A stretch of DNA of 63,626 nt, filler included, from Octopus bimaculoides (taxonomy: Eukaryota): assembly GCF_001194135.2 (NCBI RefSeq). It is 6 parts of 4 records of this genome, joined end to end, with 100 filler letters (N's around TTAATTAATTAA, not from the genome) between each part and the next. Parts side by side here need not be neighbours in the genome. Positions count along the whole stretch, not along the records: positions 61,547 to 63,626 come from NC_069004.1; 5 more parts are not named here. One strand, given 5' to 3'. The position numbers and the translations under genes are program-made. Below the pieces are notes generated by a model. The model did not search any database and had not been told where the DNA came from. It saw nothing but the letters and a program-made list of their open reading frames with translations. Numbering within the stretch: position 1 is the first letter of the stretch; every line of letters starts with the position of its first letter. Of this stretch, positions 61,547 through 63,626 are shown piece by piece.

Positions 61547-62262
61547 CACACACACACATACACCCGATGACGGAGTGAGATTTAATTCTTCAAAGTTCTC
61601 CCAGAATAGTTGAAGCTGTTCTTTAAACCGAAAGAAGCAGAGCACGCTCTGCTGTGTATACAATCACACACGACGGTCCTTAGAACCTTCTCCATTGTTT
61701 GCCCTTCACAAACACACAACTGATTGGTTCTACAGAACACATAAGAAGAATCACGCGCCTCTTTTACATTTTTTCTTCTTGTTTTAGTTCCTCTTTGCTT
61801 TGTTTTTCGTTCTTGTTTTTCGCTCTCGTTTCTTTGTCTGAGACCGGCAAACCTCCTTAGGTCACTTGCTTTACGTTAAACTTTTGGTAAGATAATCATG
61901 TGCACTTAAAATTATTCTAGGAACCAATCTGAACCGATAATTGGTGTATAATAGCTTTAACTTAAATATCAGATGGGCTAAATTCCTACACTTTATTTCA
62001 TATACATCCGTTGTGCAAGTTTTCTTCAATAAAAGTGCATGGAAGGGTGTTGTCGGCCATTTTGTGAAGGGCGGGCAAACACGGCACCACTGAGCCCTAT
62101 TATTGTTACTGTACCAGTAAAACTAGTTTTTTTTAAATGTTTTCCTTGTTGTTCTCAAACCCCAGATTTGCAGGTAAGGCCGATATTAACATGGGGCTTA
62201 TTCCCGTCACTTCTCATGAAAACAGGTAACCTCGTGCGTAACTCACATAACGAATGTACATT

Positions 62263-62299
<37 letters not shown>

Positions 62300-62305
62300 A
62301 ACAAA

Positions 62306-62348
<43 letters not shown>

Positions 62349-63009
62349 AGAGGCAGATAGACATATAAACTACATGCGGTAAAATATTTAGTTGTACACC
62401 TGGGCAATGACTGCATCGTTTTCGCAATAATCATAATATCTCACCTTACAGGAAGGTGATGGCATTTTTAGGAAGCTGTTAATTATGTGTTATGTCTGCT
62501 AAAGAAAGGCTGAACATAAATATAAAATATGTGTAAATATACATACATATATACGTACATATATATATATATATATATAAAACATCAGCAGAGCCCTCAC
62601 TCCCAAGTGCAAATGGCACGGAAGTATGTACGAAAATTTCGCTAATTTTTGTGGCATCTATTCTTGAGTGATGTCGTACATATGCACATGGTATTAAATT
62701 ACACCATATATACACAAATAAGCGTGTATGCGTATAATAAGTATATATATTTGTGAATATTTGTATATGTATGTGTGTAGTTATGGGTCTACGTTTACAC
62801 ACATACAAGAATATATGAAGTACACACACATTTACGCACACAGAACTACACACACATTCAGGCACACACAACACTCACGCATACACACACACTCACAAAC
62901 ACATTCACTCAGACACACAAGAATTGTTTATATTTAAAATATTTTTTTTTCTTTTTAATCGGGTTAATTCCGCTTTTGGAACGACCAACATGAAATTGGT
63001 GGCACTGTA

Positions 63010-63415
63010 TACAACAGACTAGGAAGAAATAAGAACGATTGACATCTGAAGCTCTACTCCCAAGAGTAGAAAGCGTGGAAGATATTCAGTGATATACAAA
63101 TGGAAGAGCTCAGAAGGTCTTACTCCCAACTTTGGAATTGAAAGCTTTGCCAACCACCGAACTGAGCTGCAATGAATAATACCAAAGACCCCGTCTTTTT
63201 CATCTCGAATAAGGGCCAGTACTGTCGCAGTTAGGTTTCAAGGGTCAACTACCATTTAACATTCTGACAAACAACATCAGCGATTTGTGAGGTGTAGATG
63301 TAGTGGTCTTTAGAGAGCGCCTGGACAAATTTCTGTTATATCGGTTGAACCCATATCGCGGTAGGAAGCCCAAAGAAGAGCAGCTCCGTCCAACTCGCTA
63401 CTTCACCAAGTCTGT
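63010..63415 (+). mobile_element. Decayed CR1-clade LINE ORF2 3' end
   Basis: HLKLYSQE..RYSVIYKWKSSEGLTPNFGIESFANHRT..IIPK..LGFKGQLPFNIL..DL*GVDVVVFRERLDKFL..RRAAPSNSLLHQ. Confidence 0.8.
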
Positions 63416-63439
63416 ATTCTTCCTCACCACTACTTGACA

Positions 63440-63610
63440 ACTAGACCGGTGTGTTTACGTTCCCGTAACCTAGCGGTTCGGTAAAGTGAAGCAGCGATCG
63501 AATACGCTCTAGTCTTTATTTTTTAAAAAAATTTCAAGTTTTGTGGTCGATTCCATCAACTAAAAATTCCTCAAGGTGGTACCCCACCATGGCCGCGGTC
63601 GAATGACATG
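63440..63610 (+). mobile_element. SINE family A tail remnant
   Basis: ggtgtgtttacgttcccgtaacctagcggttcgg..aaggtggtaccccaccatggccgcggtcgaatgac. Confidence 0.75.
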
Positions 63611-63626
63611 TAGAAGATATATATAT

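Overview
AT-rich, microsatellite-dense eukaryotic DNA with many N gaps. The SINE/LINE complement looks cephalopod, probably Octopus (inference). The window is six assembly pieces joined by artificial 100-bp spacers (44N-TTAATTAATTAA-44N), so adjacency across those joins is unproven. I found no intact, recognisable protein-coding gene; nearly all long ORF-track entries are microsatellite or N-gap artefacts. Recognisable content is transposon-derived: three Penelope-like elements (RT and/or GIY-YIG), several Penelope-type terminal (pLTR) fragments, a Tx1-clade L1, five R4/Dong-type RLE LINE 3' ends, two CR1 3' ends, RTE 3' remnants, a decayed Tc1-like transposase, a possible Helitron 3' end, and over 20 tRNA-derived SINE copies built from four heads and shared tails. 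The most interesting signals are: (1) minimal hammerhead-ribozyme-like motifs at several independent Penelope-type termini, including a non-canonical core variant in two copies and a related short element with the core halves in reversed order; (2) apparent partitioning of retroelement families among microsatellite targets: Tx1 in (TATC)n, R4/Dong in (CATA)n, Penelope ends at (TA)n, an unclassified element at (AAT)n; (3) a strand-asymmetric pri-miRNA-like hairpin at 25.5 kb with a correctly placed CNNC motif; (4) a few promoter-like motif clusters and weak candidate exons. All assignments were made by eye, without database searches or folding software, and most element boundaries are approximate.
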